Shown piece after piece: positions 1 through 9,410 of a stretch of 23,093 nt of DNA. Below the pieces are notes generated by a model, which saw only the letters and a program-made list of their open reading frames with translations, did no database searches and was not told where the DNA came from. The position numbers and the translations under genes are program-made. The stretch comes from Promethearchaeota archaeon. Its GTDB lineage: Archaea; Asgardarchaeota; Lokiarchaeia; Sigyniarchaeales; SOKP01. Every line of letters begins with the position of its first letter. The stretch's first letter is position 1. The stretch lies in the NCBI GenBank assembly GCA_048940645.1, contig JBHLOI010000055.1, forward strand, positions 1 to 23,093, given 5' to 3'.

Positions 1-404
1 AAAATTATCTTTTTAACTTTTTCTAATAAATGTGGAAAATTTTGAAATACTGTCGCAATGTTAGTTAATGGACCAAGCGTAAGTAAGATTAATTCATTTT
101 CATATTCTTGAATTTTATCAATTAAAAATTTAGAAGCATCGGTTAAGGTCCCTAAAGCATATTTAGAGCTAGCTCCTAAGAAATGTGGAATTTCTGTTTT
201 ATTTGCTAAATCTAAATATTTTCTTATTAATTTATAGCCAACTTCTACAGGAGTATTTCCATAAATTGCTGTAATTCCAATAATGTCAAATATATCCGGA
301 TTATTTAACATTAGAAATAGTGCTAAACCATCATTCACATCAGCAGCTTTCTTTCCAAGTCCAGGGTCGCAATCGATAATAATTTTATATTTTGGTTTAT
401 CCAT
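1..404 (-). CDS. Inosine-uridine-preferring nucleoside hydrolase family protein (runs off the window edge)
   Basis: Not in the ORF track. Manual translation from ATG 404 gives MDKPKYKIIIDCDPGLGKKAADVNDGLALFLML..IIGITAIYGNTP..LLTLGPLTNIA. The DxDPG, T.xxGN and GPLTN motifs are diagnostic of the family. Confidence 0.88.
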   Translation of the reverse strand, partial: MDKPKYKIIIDCDPGLGKKAADVNDGLALFLMLNNPDIFDIIGITAIYGNTPVEVGYKLIRKYLDLANKTEIPHFLGASSKYALGTLTDASKFLIDKIQEYENELILLTLGPLTNIATVFQNFPHLLEKVKKII

Positions 405-457
405 GAGAATTAGAGTGAGAAAATTTAATGAAAATTAAGAATATTTGATTTTTAAAA

Positions 458-1015
458 TCATCTAAATATGGCTAAATTTTGATTTGTAATGGGAGGATTT
501 GAAATATAAACTTTTTTATATTTATCCTTTCTCTTAAAATGATTTAATACATTATATTTTACGAATATAAGTAAAACAGATATTAATCCGCAATAAAATC
601 CCGGTAATATTATTTTACTATATTTAATATAATGGTCTAAATAGGTTTCATGAATATAAAACGCATTTGCTCGCTGAAATGAAGCATCATACATAAAGAG
701 GCTAGCTAACAAGCTTAAAAAAGTTAAGATTAAACTCCAATAATAAACACGTGATAGATCATACCCTTGATCATAAATAATTTGAATAATAATTCCTTGG
801 GAAAAAAAAATTGATAATAACATATTTAGATTTAAACCTAAACCCATAATAGGATAATTATACAATCCGTAAATCCAAACAATATTGAAGATTTCTGAAT
901 ATTCGTTTTCTCGGATATACCATGTACCTTCAAAAATTCCAAACTCTATAGTTAAGAGAAAAAAAACAAATAAAAAGAAATCTAATATTAATTTAGTCCC
1001 TAAATGTTTTATCAA
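458..1015 (-). CDS. Hypothetical multi-pass membrane protein, paralogue of 1175..1825
   Basis: 185-aa ORF with about 4 hydrophobic segments. Shares W.xRE.EYSE.F..VW.YG...YP..GLG..LN...SI.F.QGII.Q.I and GFY.GL.S.LLI..KY with the neighbouring ORF. Confidence 0.75.
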   Translation of the reverse strand: MIKHLGTKLILDFFLFVFFLLTIEFGIFEGTWYIRENEYSEIFNIVWIYGLYNYPIMGLGLNLNMLLSIFFSQGIIIQIIYDQGYDLSRVYYWSLILTFLSLLASLFMYDASFQRANAFYIHETYLDHYIKYSKIILPGFYCGLISVLLIFVKYNVLNHFKRKDKYKKVYISNPPITNQNLAIFR

Positions 1016-1174
1016 ATTGAATTGTACACTTAAATAATTATTCTTATCATAAAATATTCATAGTCTTATTTTAAATATTACTACAAAAGGCAAGAATGTG
1101 TTGATTCTTCCGGATATTAACCATAATTATTATTTCAACTTGTGTGCTTTGAAGCATTTAAAATGTCGTTCAAA

Positions 1175-1825
1175 TCAGCAAATTTTAGTAGAATCAGCAT
1201 ATTTTGGTAAATCATATAATATATACCATATTATAAAGTAGGTTATAATTATAATGATAATTAATAAAATTTGATTTGATTTCTTTGAGTAATCAATCTC
1301 TATATATCTATGAATTTCTTTTGAAAGATCTTTATAAAAAATCCTTAAAGTAATATATTTTATTAGTATCAATAAAGTTGATACAAGTCCATAATAAAAT
1401 CCTAGTAATATTCTAGTGCTTACTTGACAAGCATAATAATAATTAAAACTTGTACCTGCCGCACCATAGATTCTAGCTAAAAAAATGTTACCTAACCACC
1501 CTAAAGTCATCAAGAACAGGCTGAAATGAGAAAAGATTGAAACATCGAAATCTTTATAGCAAATAAATTGAACAATAATTCCTTGCAAAAACAATATAGA
1601 AAAAGCGGTATTTAAAAGAGAGCCTAAACCTTCGAAAGGATATTGAAACATTCCATAACTCCAAACCAAAGTGAAAGGTTCGGAATATTCATATTCCCTT
1701 AGATCCCATACAACTTTAAAAGTTCCCATTTTAATAGTTAAAATAACACAAATAAGGATGAAGGAGTTGAATATTAATTTAATTATTAATTTAATTATTA
1801 ATTTTGCTTTTAAAATAACCTTCAC
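1175..1825 (-). CDS. Hypothetical multi-pass membrane protein, paralogue of 458..1015
   Basis: 216-aa ORF with a GTG start. Same motif blocks as the neighbour plus one extra C-terminal hydrophobic helix. Confidence 0.75.
   Translation of the reverse strand: MKVILKAKLIIKLIIKLIFNSFILICVILTIKMGTFKVVWDLREYEYSEPFTLVWSYGMFQYPFEGLGSLLNTAFSILFLQGIIVQFICYKDFDVSIFSHFSLFLMTLGWLGNIFLARIYGAAGTSFNYYYACQVSTRILLGFYYGLVSTLLILIKYITLRIFYKDLSKEIHRYIEIDYSKKSNQILLIIIIIITYFIIWYILYDLPKYADSTKIC
1773..1804. repeat. 12-nt tandem repeat (ATTAATTTAATT x~2.7) encoding KLII-KLII-KLI
   Basis: Read directly at 1773-1784, 1785-1796 and partially at 1797-1804. Confidence 0.8.
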
Positions 1826-1901
1826 ACTGGATATATTGATTAGTTATTCCTATGATTAAAAATCCAATGATTTCTTTAAAAGTTAATTATAAAAACAGGA
1901 T

Positions 1902-2339
1902 TTATAGAATTTTTAAAGGCCCTAATTCTTTGATCTGATTAGTAAATTCAATAATCAAATCAGCAAATCGCTTACCTTCTGAAGCACTAACCCATTCCAA
2001 ACGAACTCGTTTTTCATTAATGCCTAATTGTTTTATAATAATTTTATGCAATCTTTCAAATCTTTCTTTAGCATATTCATTACCAGAGATATAATGACAA
2101 TCTCCAATATGGCATCCAGTAATTAACACACCATCAGCTCCTTCCTTTAAAGCTTTCATAATAAATGCTGGGTCTACTCTTCCAGAACACATAACCCTTA
2201 CAATCCTCATGTTGGGAGGATATTGGAACCTTGAGACTCCTGCTAAATCCGCTCCTGCATAAGAGCACCAATTGCAGCAAAAAACAAGTATTTCAGGATT
2301 AAAATCTGGATATTTTACTTTAGCTTTTACTTTTGGAAT
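1902..2339 (-). CDS. mvhD: MvhD/FlpD [2Fe-2S] subunit, Cys-only form; N-terminus extended beyond the ORF track, probable ATT start
   Basis: The frame is open upstream of ATG 2210 and encodes PEILVFCCNWCSYAGADLAGVSRFQYPPN, followed by VMCSGRVD, GADGVLITGCHIGDCHY and WVSASEG. The nearest upstream in-frame stop is TAA 2352-2354. Start position is inferred. Confidence 0.92.
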   Translation of the reverse strand: MPKVKAKVKYPDFNPEILVFCCNWCSYAGADLAGVSRFQYPPNMRIVRVMCSGRVDPAFIMKALKEGADGVLITGCHIGDCHYISGNEYAKERFERLHKIIIKQLGINEKRVRLEWVSASEGKRFADLIIEFTNQIKELGPLKIL

Positions 2340-2360
2340 AACTTTACACCTTTATTTTTC

Positions 2361-5300
2361 TTAAGTTTCTAATAAATATGATTCTATCATTGCGGTTATT
2401 TGATCAAAATCGTATTGCTTAATTGAAATTGCTCCATTTGGACAAGTTGCGGCACAAGTACCACATCCTTTACAAAGAGCAGAATTTACAAAAGATTTTT
2501 TGACATTTAAGCTGATATCCTCAAAATCTTTTACTGATTCTAAGATATCTATTGCGTTATATGAACAAACGGATTCGCACTTTCCACAACCTATACAATT
2601 TATCGGATTTACCTCTGCTACTATTCCTGAGGTGGTTATCTCTTTAGCACTTAGAAATCTACTTGCTCGAGCAGCAGCACCATTTGCTTGTGAGATTGAA
2701 TCTTGAATGTTCTTAGGCCATTGAGCACAGCCACATAAGAAGATTCCATCTGTTGCAAAATCTAAAGGTCTCAGTTTAACATGTGCTTCTAAGAAAAAGC
2801 CATTTCTATCTAGGGGTACCTTTAACATTTTTGCTAACTCTTCCAAATTATCTGCAGGGATTATAGGAGTTGATAAAATAATTAAATCAGTCTCAAATTC
2901 TAAGAAATCTTGTAGATTGGTATCATAAAATTTGATATTATATCTTTCCGGACTTTTATTTATTTGTTTAACTATTGGTAAATTGTCTAAATCATATCTT
3001 AAAAAAATTGCATGTTTTCTGCGCTCACGATAGTATTCTTCATATTTTTTCTTAGCCATCTGAAGATCTCTGTAAAGTACAACAATCTCAAGTTCAGGTT
3101 TTAATTTTTTTAGAAGACTAATATTTTTGATTGAATTTCCACAACAAATATTTGAACAATAGGTAATTCCTTCAAGTTGCCTTGCGTTTGTGCATAAGAC
3201 AGTCGTTACTCTACTTATATTAGTAAGCCATGACTTTCCTTTTTCTTTTAAAATTTGTTCTAATTCTAGTTGAGTTATAACATTCTTATTTTGGTTATTA
3301 TATTGAAACAGACCTTTAGGTTTATATTCTTTACCTCCAGTAGCAACAATTATGGTCCCAATACTTAAATCTTGAGTTTTATTACTCGAATCAGCAATAG
3401 TTACTACGTAATTACCTACATAGCCTTTAATATTATTTATTTTTGCATTTAAAAAAACTTGAATATTCTTATTTTTTTTAATTAAATCAATAGTTTGGTT
3501 TAAAAAATCAGAGGCATTTTGTTCGATTGGATATAATACATTTAGATAATTTAAATTTCCTCCTAATATGCTTTCTTTTTCTACTAGAAATGTTTTGAAT
3601 CCTTGATCTGCAATATTTAATGCAGCACTCATTCCCGCAATTCCACCGCCTATAATTAGAGCTGTCGGGGTAATTTTTAATAATTCTTCCTTTAAAGGTT
3701 TCAATAACCTTGATTTAGCAATAGCCATTCTTATTAAGTCCTTAGCTTTTTGGGTAGCAGCCTCCGCATCATCCATATGAACCCAAGAACATTGATCACG
3801 AATATTGACCATTTCGAATAAATACTTATTCAAACCAGCTTCTTGGCATGTTTCTTGAAAGAGAGCCTCATGTGTCCGGGGAGTACATGAGGCTACAATA
3901 AATCTATTTAATTTATGATTATTAATTAATTCTTTAATTCTTGCCTGAGAATCTGAGCTACAAGAATATAAATTATCTTCACAATGAACAACATTAGGTA
4001 GAGTTCTCACATATTCTGCCAGTAATGGAACGTGAACATATTTTCCGATATTAATCCCACAATGACAAATTAAAACCCCAATTCTCGCTTCATCAGTATC
4101 TTTAATATCTAATTCTGGTACTTCTAACTGCTTCTCCTTGATTTGATCAAATTTAACAGAATTTAGAAATGCAGCTACCTGTCCCGCTACACCACTTGCA
4201 TCTGCAACAGTTTCTGGTATATCCATCGGACCCTGACAAAATCCACATAAATAGATTCCATCTTTTGTCGATTTAGATTTATTAAAATAATCTTTTTCTC
4301 TGAAAAATTCATATTCATCTAATTGTATTCCCAAAATATTTGATAAAATTTTTGTTCCATTTGAAGGAACTAGTGGAGTGGCTAAAACCACTAGATTAGC
4401 TTGAAAATCATTAAATTCTCCTGATTTTAAATTCTCATAATGAATTATTAAATCATTACTTTTAGGATCTTCTTCAATTTTACTAATTTTTGTCTGAAAG
4501 TATTTCACTCCATATTCCTTCTGAGCCCGCTGAGTGAATTCATAGAAATTTTTACCATAAGCTCTAATATCGTGTCTAAACACATAACATTGTGATTTTT
4601 CAGAATGTTCTTTTGTTATGATTGCTTCTTTAGCAGTATACATGCAGCATACACTTGAACAATATGGTACACCCTCATGTAAATCTCTTGAACCAGCACA
4701 TTGAATAAAAGCAATTTTCTCAGGTTCTTTTTGATCACTTGGTCGCAATACATGACCACCAAAAGGTCCTGAGGCACACAATATTCTTTCATATTCTAAA
4801 GCACTTACCACATTATCATATTGATACCCCCACCTTGAAGTTAACTTTTCAGCTGGCATATCAAATCCAGTAGCAACTACAATAGCTCCAACTTTTAATT
4901 CAATTTCCTTAGGTTTTTGCTCAAAATCTATTGCTTCAGCTTGACAAACTTTAGCACATACCCCACATACTCCTTTATTTATCTTTAAGCATAATTCAGG
5001 ATCTATTAAATAAACTGGAGGAACTGCTTGAGGAAATGGTATGTAAGCAGATTTTCTTTTACCTAACTTCATATCAAATAGATTAGGAACTTCTATTTTT
5101 GGACATTTTGTAGCACAATCTCCACACCCCTTACACTTAGTCTCATCTATATATCTTGGTTTTTTAAGAATAATAGCAGAAAAATTTCCTGGTTCTCCGG
5201 AAACTTTTTTTACTTCATGATAAGTCATAAGTTCGATATTTGGATTACGAAATACCTCAACCATCTTTGGAGCAAGGATACAAAGGCTGCAATCGTTAGT

Positions 5301-5447
5301 CGGAAATGTTTTATCGAGTTGGGCCATACGGCCTCCAATTGAGGGATTTTTTTCTACTAAATATACTCTAAAACCTAATTCTGTTAGGTCTAATGAAGTT
5401 TGAATACCTGCAATTCCTCCTCCGATAACTAAAACAGATCCTTCCAT
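2361..5447 (-). CDS. hdrA: Large tandem HdrA-like flavoprotein (two FAD-binding modules, Cys-only)
   Basis: Two GGGIAG motifs, GGRMAQLDKTFPTNDC, an inserted 2x[4Fe-4S] domain, QCAGSRD..YCSSVCC, an internal RIGVLICHCG..SCTPRTHE..RDQCSWVH domain and a C-terminal ferredoxin. Confidence 0.95.
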   Translation of the reverse strand: MEGSVLVIGGGIAGIQTSLDLTELGFRVYLVEKNPSIGGRMAQLDKTFPTNDCSLCILAPKMVEVFRNPNIELMTYHEVKKVSGEPGNFSAIILKKPRYIDETKCKGCGDCATKCPKIEVPNLFDMKLGKRKSAYIPFPQAVPPVYLIDPELCLKINKGVCGVCAKVCQAEAIDFEQKPKEIELKVGAIVVATGFDMPAEKLTSRWGYQYDNVVSALEYERILCASGPFGGHVLRPSDQKEPEKIAFIQCAGSRDLHEGVPYCSSVCCMYTAKEAIITKEHSEKSQCYVFRHDIRAYGKNFYEFTQRAQKEYGVKYFQTKISKIEEDPKSNDLIIHYENLKSGEFNDFQANLVVLATPLVPSNGTKILSNILGIQLDEYEFFREKDYFNKSKSTKDGIYLCGFCQGPMDIPETVADASGVAGQVAAFLNSVKFDQIKEKQLEVPELDIKDTDEARIGVLICHCGINIGKYVHVPLLAEYVRTLPNVVHCEDNLYSCSSDSQARIKELINNHKLNRFIVASCTPRTHEALFQETCQEAGLNKYLFEMVNIRDQCSWVHMDDAEAATQKAKDLIRMAIAKSRLLKPLKEELLKITPTALIIGGGIAGMSAALNIADQGFKTFLVEKESILGGNLNYLNVLYPIEQNASDFLNQTIDLIKKNKNIQVFLNAKINNIKGYVGNYVVTIADSSNKTQDLSIGTIIVATGGKEYKPKGLFQYNNQNKNVITQLELEQILKEKGKSWLTNISRVTTVLCTNARQLEGITYCSNICCGNSIKNISLLKKLKPELEIVVLYRDLQMAKKKYEEYYRERRKHAIFLRYDLDNLPIVKQINKSPERYNIKFYDTNLQDFLEFETDLIILSTPIIPADNLEELAKMLKVPLDRNGFFLEAHVKLRPLDFATDGIFLCGCAQWPKNIQDSISQANGAAARASRFLSAKEITTSGIVAEVNPINCIGCGKCESVCSYNAIDILESVKDFEDISLNVKKSFVNSALCKGCGTCAATCPNGAISIKQYDFDQITAMIESYLLET

Positions 5448-5455
5448 TATTTTTT

Positions 5456-6742
5456 TCAGTCACCTTTAGCTTTAGTACGAATAACTTTGACATGATTTAA
5501 TATAAACTCTGAAAAGTCTAAAATTTCAATTGATGCAATATCTTCAAAATCATTTTGAAGACAAGTGAGATGTATATTACACTTGGGACAAGATGTAACT
5601 AATTTTGATCCTGCTAATTTTGCTTCCTGCATTCGCTTGTACCTTAAAGCTTTCGACTTTTCATTACAATTCATCCAAGAACTCACACCACAGCATAGGG
5701 AATTTTCTTTATTATGTGCCATTTCATTGAATTGATAACCTAAATCCTTAAACTCTCTAAAAATTTCTCTAACTTTGTTAGTGATATTACCATTTTCTGG
5801 TAAAAATCTGCTTAATCTACAGGGATCGTGATAAGTGAAATTAATTTCTTCTTCTGTTTTTTTTGGGTTCTTAAATTCAATTTTTTGGCTTTTCCAATTC
5901 TCATATATATATTCAATAATATGCTTTACTTCAAAATTTTCATTAAATTCATCAAAAAGATTTGCATAATCAACCTTAAATGTCCTATAACACTCTGCAC
6001 AGGCAGTAATAAGAGTTCTTACTCCTGCTTTCTTGAATTTTTCAAGATTTTTTTTTGCTAGTTTTATAAATGTCTTTAATTTTCCTTGTCCCCAATAAAT
6101 GTCATGTCCGCAACAAATTTCTTCTTTAAAAACCACTATAGGTTTTTTTTCAATTTGGCATATTAATTTTAATGTGCTAATAGCAATAGAATTTAAATTT
6201 TCAAATTCATAATTGAAGAATGGCAAACAGCCCACATAATATAAAATATCACCCTTATCTGATATCTTACAATTCTTAGGAATCCAACCCATATTTCTGT
6301 CAGGGTTAATATATGGACGACTCATTATTTCAGAAATTGTAGTATATATGCCTTTATGTGCCACATATTCATCAGAGCTTTGATTTGTCTCATGCCTCAT
6401 CTTATAACGAGCCATCCTTACAATATCTGCGAAATTAATTTTTACTGGACAATCCTTAAGGCATTGATTACATGTTAAACAATCCCAAAGTTCACCACTT
6501 TCCAATACTTTATTTTCAAGTCCTTCTAAAATTAATTGAATTATTTTACTTGGTGTATATTTTTGAACTTTACTTAGTTGGCATACACCGCTACATCTTC
6601 CACATTGATAACACTTTTTTAATAAATTTCTTAATTCTGGTTCATATACTTTCTCCAAATAATCATATGCATCTGTGAAAAGTTTTTTCCTCTCTATATC
6701 TCTCTTTGATTCGGTTATAGTTTTCTCCTCTTTAGAGTGCAA
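5456..6742 (-). CDS. HdrD-like (HdrC-HdrB type) Fe-S oxidoreductase with two CCG domains
   Basis: CYQCGRCSGVC and CLTCNQCLKDCP ferredoxin motifs. CCG domains YVGC..CCG..TACAEC and HDPC..CCG..TSCPKC. Confidence 0.88.
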   Translation of the reverse strand: MHSKEEKTITESKRDIERKKLFTDAYDYLEKVYEPELRNLLKKCYQCGRCSGVCQLSKVQKYTPSKIIQLILEGLENKVLESGELWDCLTCNQCLKDCPVKINFADIVRMARYKMRHETNQSSDEYVAHKGIYTTISEIMSRPYINPDRNMGWIPKNCKISDKGDILYYVGCLPFFNYEFENLNSIAISTLKLICQIEKKPIVVFKEEICCGHDIYWGQGKLKTFIKLAKKNLEKFKKAGVRTLITACAECYRTFKVDYANLFDEFNENFEVKHIIEYIYENWKSQKIEFKNPKKTEEEINFTYHDPCRLSRFLPENGNITNKVREIFREFKDLGYQFNEMAHNKENSLCCGVSSWMNCNEKSKALRYKRMQEAKLAGSKLVTSCPKCNIHLTCLQNDFEDIASIEILDFSEFILNHVKVIRTKAKGD

Positions 6743-7844
6743 TTTTCATAAATTCTTCTCGACGTTTAACTTTCGATTCTGAATATTGAGTTATCAATTT
6801 TACCATTTTATCTTTTTTAACGTTGTCAAGATCTACTGCTCTAATTACCCCCGCGTCTAGAGCTTTTTTTAAAATATTTATTCCTTTCTTAGTTCGTGGT
6901 ATTACAGTAGTATATTTATCTTGTGAACCCAATCCTCCAAAAGAAATATCAGCATAAACATTTGTGAAATCACTACAAGCATTACATGCAGGGCGCATAT
7001 AGTCTTTTAAGTGGTTAAAAGGGATATGAATAATCTTTTCTCCAGTTCCCTTATCCTTTAACTTGAATATAACGTCTTCTTTAATATTTATTTTCTCGAT
7101 TTCTGTAAATTTTATGTTAAAATCTTTTTCAAACTTTTCTATTTGAAATTTTTCAAAGAAGAAATTTTCATAACAGAATAAACCTAAACAGATTTCTATA
7201 TTTTCTGACGGGGTTACTCCTAAATCCTGCATGCACCTAATTGTATAGAGTTGGCATGGGGTTCCCACAACCGCCAATTTCTTAAATTTATAGTGATTTA
7301 ATTTTGGGATAGAATGAGTATATGTACAGAATTTTTGGATTTCATCAAGTTGGGGAGATATATCTAATTTAGCTCCTGAAGCCTTTATTAAATCATATTT
7401 GCTGTCAGCGAAAGTAGCTTCTCTTGAAAAAGGAGCATCAGTTTTTGAAACAATAGAGCCATCAATTACCCTTTCTTCAATTAAAAAGTTAATAATTGAA
7501 TTTACTACTCCCCCATCAGTTCCATAATCTAGAAATTCTTTATCTGTTGCTTGACATGAATAAATATCTTCGTAATATCCAATTGGTGTTGATGAGAATC
7601 CTGCAAATTTATAGGTTTGATTAAGTTCATTATCTAAAACATGAGTTTGTGGACAAATATAATAACAAATTCCACACTCAAGACATTTATCTTTGTTAAT
7701 ATATTCAGGAGGTTTATATGGATCTTTTAATCCAATCACATCGTATTCAGCTGAACTACAAAAACTTACACATCCGCCGCATTCTTGACAAATACCTTTT
7801 TCATGAACCTCCTCAATAAGATCCTGGAATGTTTTAGAACCCAT
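6732..7844 (-). CDS. Coenzyme F420 hydrogenase/dehydrogenase beta-subunit (FrhB/FdhB/FpoF) family protein
   Basis: N-terminal 2x[4Fe-4S] motifs, DGGVV, VGTPCQ, GLFCYE and CNACSDFTNVYADISFGGLGS. Confidence 0.9.
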   Translation of the reverse strand: MGSKTFQDLIEEVHEKGICQECGGCVSFCSSAEYDVIGLKDPYKPPEYINKDKCLECGICYYICPQTHVLDNELNQTYKFAGFSSTPIGYYEDIYSCQATDKEFLDYGTDGGVVNSIINFLIEERVIDGSIVSKTDAPFSREATFADSKYDLIKASGAKLDISPQLDEIQKFCTYTHSIPKLNHYKFKKLAVVGTPCQLYTIRCMQDLGVTPSENIEICLGLFCYENFFFEKFQIEKFEKDFNIKFTEIEKINIKEDVIFKLKDKGTGEKIIHIPFNHLKDYMRPACNACSDFTNVYADISFGGLGSQDKYTTVIPRTKKGINILKKALDAGVIRAVDLDNVKKDKMVKLITQYSESKVKRREEFMKIAL

Positions 7845-7858
7845 ATTTATTAAATCTT

Positions 7859-9361
7859 TTATTCTTTTTGTGTTTCTAATATAATTGGTTTACATTTTTT
7901 TCTTTTGGAGAGCGCTATCCTCTCAAGAAGACCTTGTCCCGGTTTAACTTCTTTCAAATCTTGGCATTCAATCAAACCAGCATCAATCGCTCCTTTAAAA
8001 ATTTCTTCTCCCTCTTTTGAACGTGTTATTACAGAAGAATAACCACCTTGTGAGCCAATGGAACCTACTGAAATATCTGCATAGTCTGAGGTGAGATCCT
8101 CACAATAATGACAGTTATCTCGTGCATATGATTGAACTTCTTTCAAATCAACTGCCATTTCTTCACCCGATTTTAAATTAATTATGAATTTACCCTTATC
8201 TATATTCATCTTTGTTAATTCATTTATATCTTGGTTAAATTTATCCTTCGTCAATTTTATGATATTCGCATAAGAAAAGGATTCCATACAGAACAAGCCA
8301 ATTTTATATTTAATATTTTTGAAGAAGGGGAGTCCACTTGGAAATAAGGCTCCCTTTTCAATAGCTTTCATCATACAAGGAACACCTACGACTGCAATCT
8401 TATTATATTTCTTTGCTTGATCTATAATTTTTAATGAGGGGGCATTGGCATATTTTGTACCCCCTGTTTTGTATAAATCCTTTACGTTATCTATAATAAT
8501 TGGTTCTGGTCTCCATAAATCGCTTGAATGTTGCACTGCTATTATCGCATCTACTAGTTTATTCTCTAATAAATATTCTAATAAAGATGTTACAATGCCT
8601 CCATCTTGACGCACTTTCTTAATTTCATCTTTAGTTGTTGTTCCTGTATATGCATTAATATAACCTCCTATTTTTTCGGAATAAGTTAGTGATTTATCTA
8701 GTTTTTTAATACTTTGATATGCTTGATCGATAGAAAAGGAGCGAGGACATACTGTAAAACATAAACCACATTTCATACAAATCTTATCATCAATTTCAAG
8801 TTTATCTGCTGTTACTTCTATTGCATTAACTGGGCATACAGAAGAACACCACCCACAATAACAACAGACTCCTGAATCGAATACTATTGAAACTGGTTCA
8901 AAATAATGTTCAATAAAATCATGTGGCACCTCTTTTACTTGATATCTATAGAAATATTCCTTTTCTTCGACTTCTTTTTCTTCCCCCTTTACTTTTTTTA
9001 TTACTTTTTTTGTTTTAATTTCAACTTGTTCTTCAACATATCCTTGCTCCTTTAAATAAATAACGTCTCGGATTACATTATCAGCTGGAAAAGTTTTAAT
9101 AATTTTAGCAATTTCCTCTAAAAATAATGATTTTTTACCTCTTAGTTGATCTAAGACTAATTTGCGTTCAGTTTCTGCATCGATCATAGTATCTAGAATT
9201 TCATAGAATTCTTGCTCAGAATATTTCCCAGTTTTTAAAACTTCTTCTTTTGCTTCAAAAAATGATCTTACTTGGAAATTTTCAGAAGCTTTGTATGTTG
9301 CTTCTAATAATTGCTTAGGAGAAATTCCACTGAACAATTCATTATTTACTATTTGAACCAT
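7859..9361 (-). CDS. FrhB-family protein with ~155-aa N-terminal helical/winged-helix-like extension
   Basis: CCYCGWCSSVCP, CMKCGLCFTVCP, QDGGIVT, GTKY, VGVPC, IGLFCMESF and CHYCEDLTSDYADISVGSIGS. Confidence 0.9.
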   Translation of the reverse strand: MVQIVNNELFSGISPKQLLEATYKASENFQVRSFFEAKEEVLKTGKYSEQEFYEILDTMIDAETERKLVLDQLRGKKSLFLEEIAKIIKTFPADNVIRDVIYLKEQGYVEEQVEIKTKKVIKKVKGEEKEVEEKEYFYRYQVKEVPHDFIEHYFEPVSIVFDSGVCCYCGWCSSVCPVNAIEVTADKLEIDDKICMKCGLCFTVCPRSFSIDQAYQSIKKLDKSLTYSEKIGGYINAYTGTTTKDEIKKVRQDGGIVTSLLEYLLENKLVDAIIAVQHSSDLWRPEPIIIDNVKDLYKTGGTKYANAPSLKIIDQAKKYNKIAVVGVPCMMKAIEKGALFPSGLPFFKNIKYKIGLFCMESFSYANIIKLTKDKFNQDINELTKMNIDKGKFIINLKSGEEMAVDLKEVQSYARDNCHYCEDLTSDYADISVGSIGSQGGYSSVITRSKEGEEIFKGAIDAGLIECQDLKEVKPGQGLLERIALSKRKKCKPIILETQKE

Positions 9362-9410
9362 ATCTTATTTCTATCCTTAACTAAAAATTTTAATTATTAA
9401 TTAATTTAAA

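Noticed and set aside
1175-1180. C-terminal Cys-TGA (KIC-U) as a Cys-Sec redox motif
   Set aside because: The paralogue has no counterpart, and no SECIS-like fold was seen downstream.
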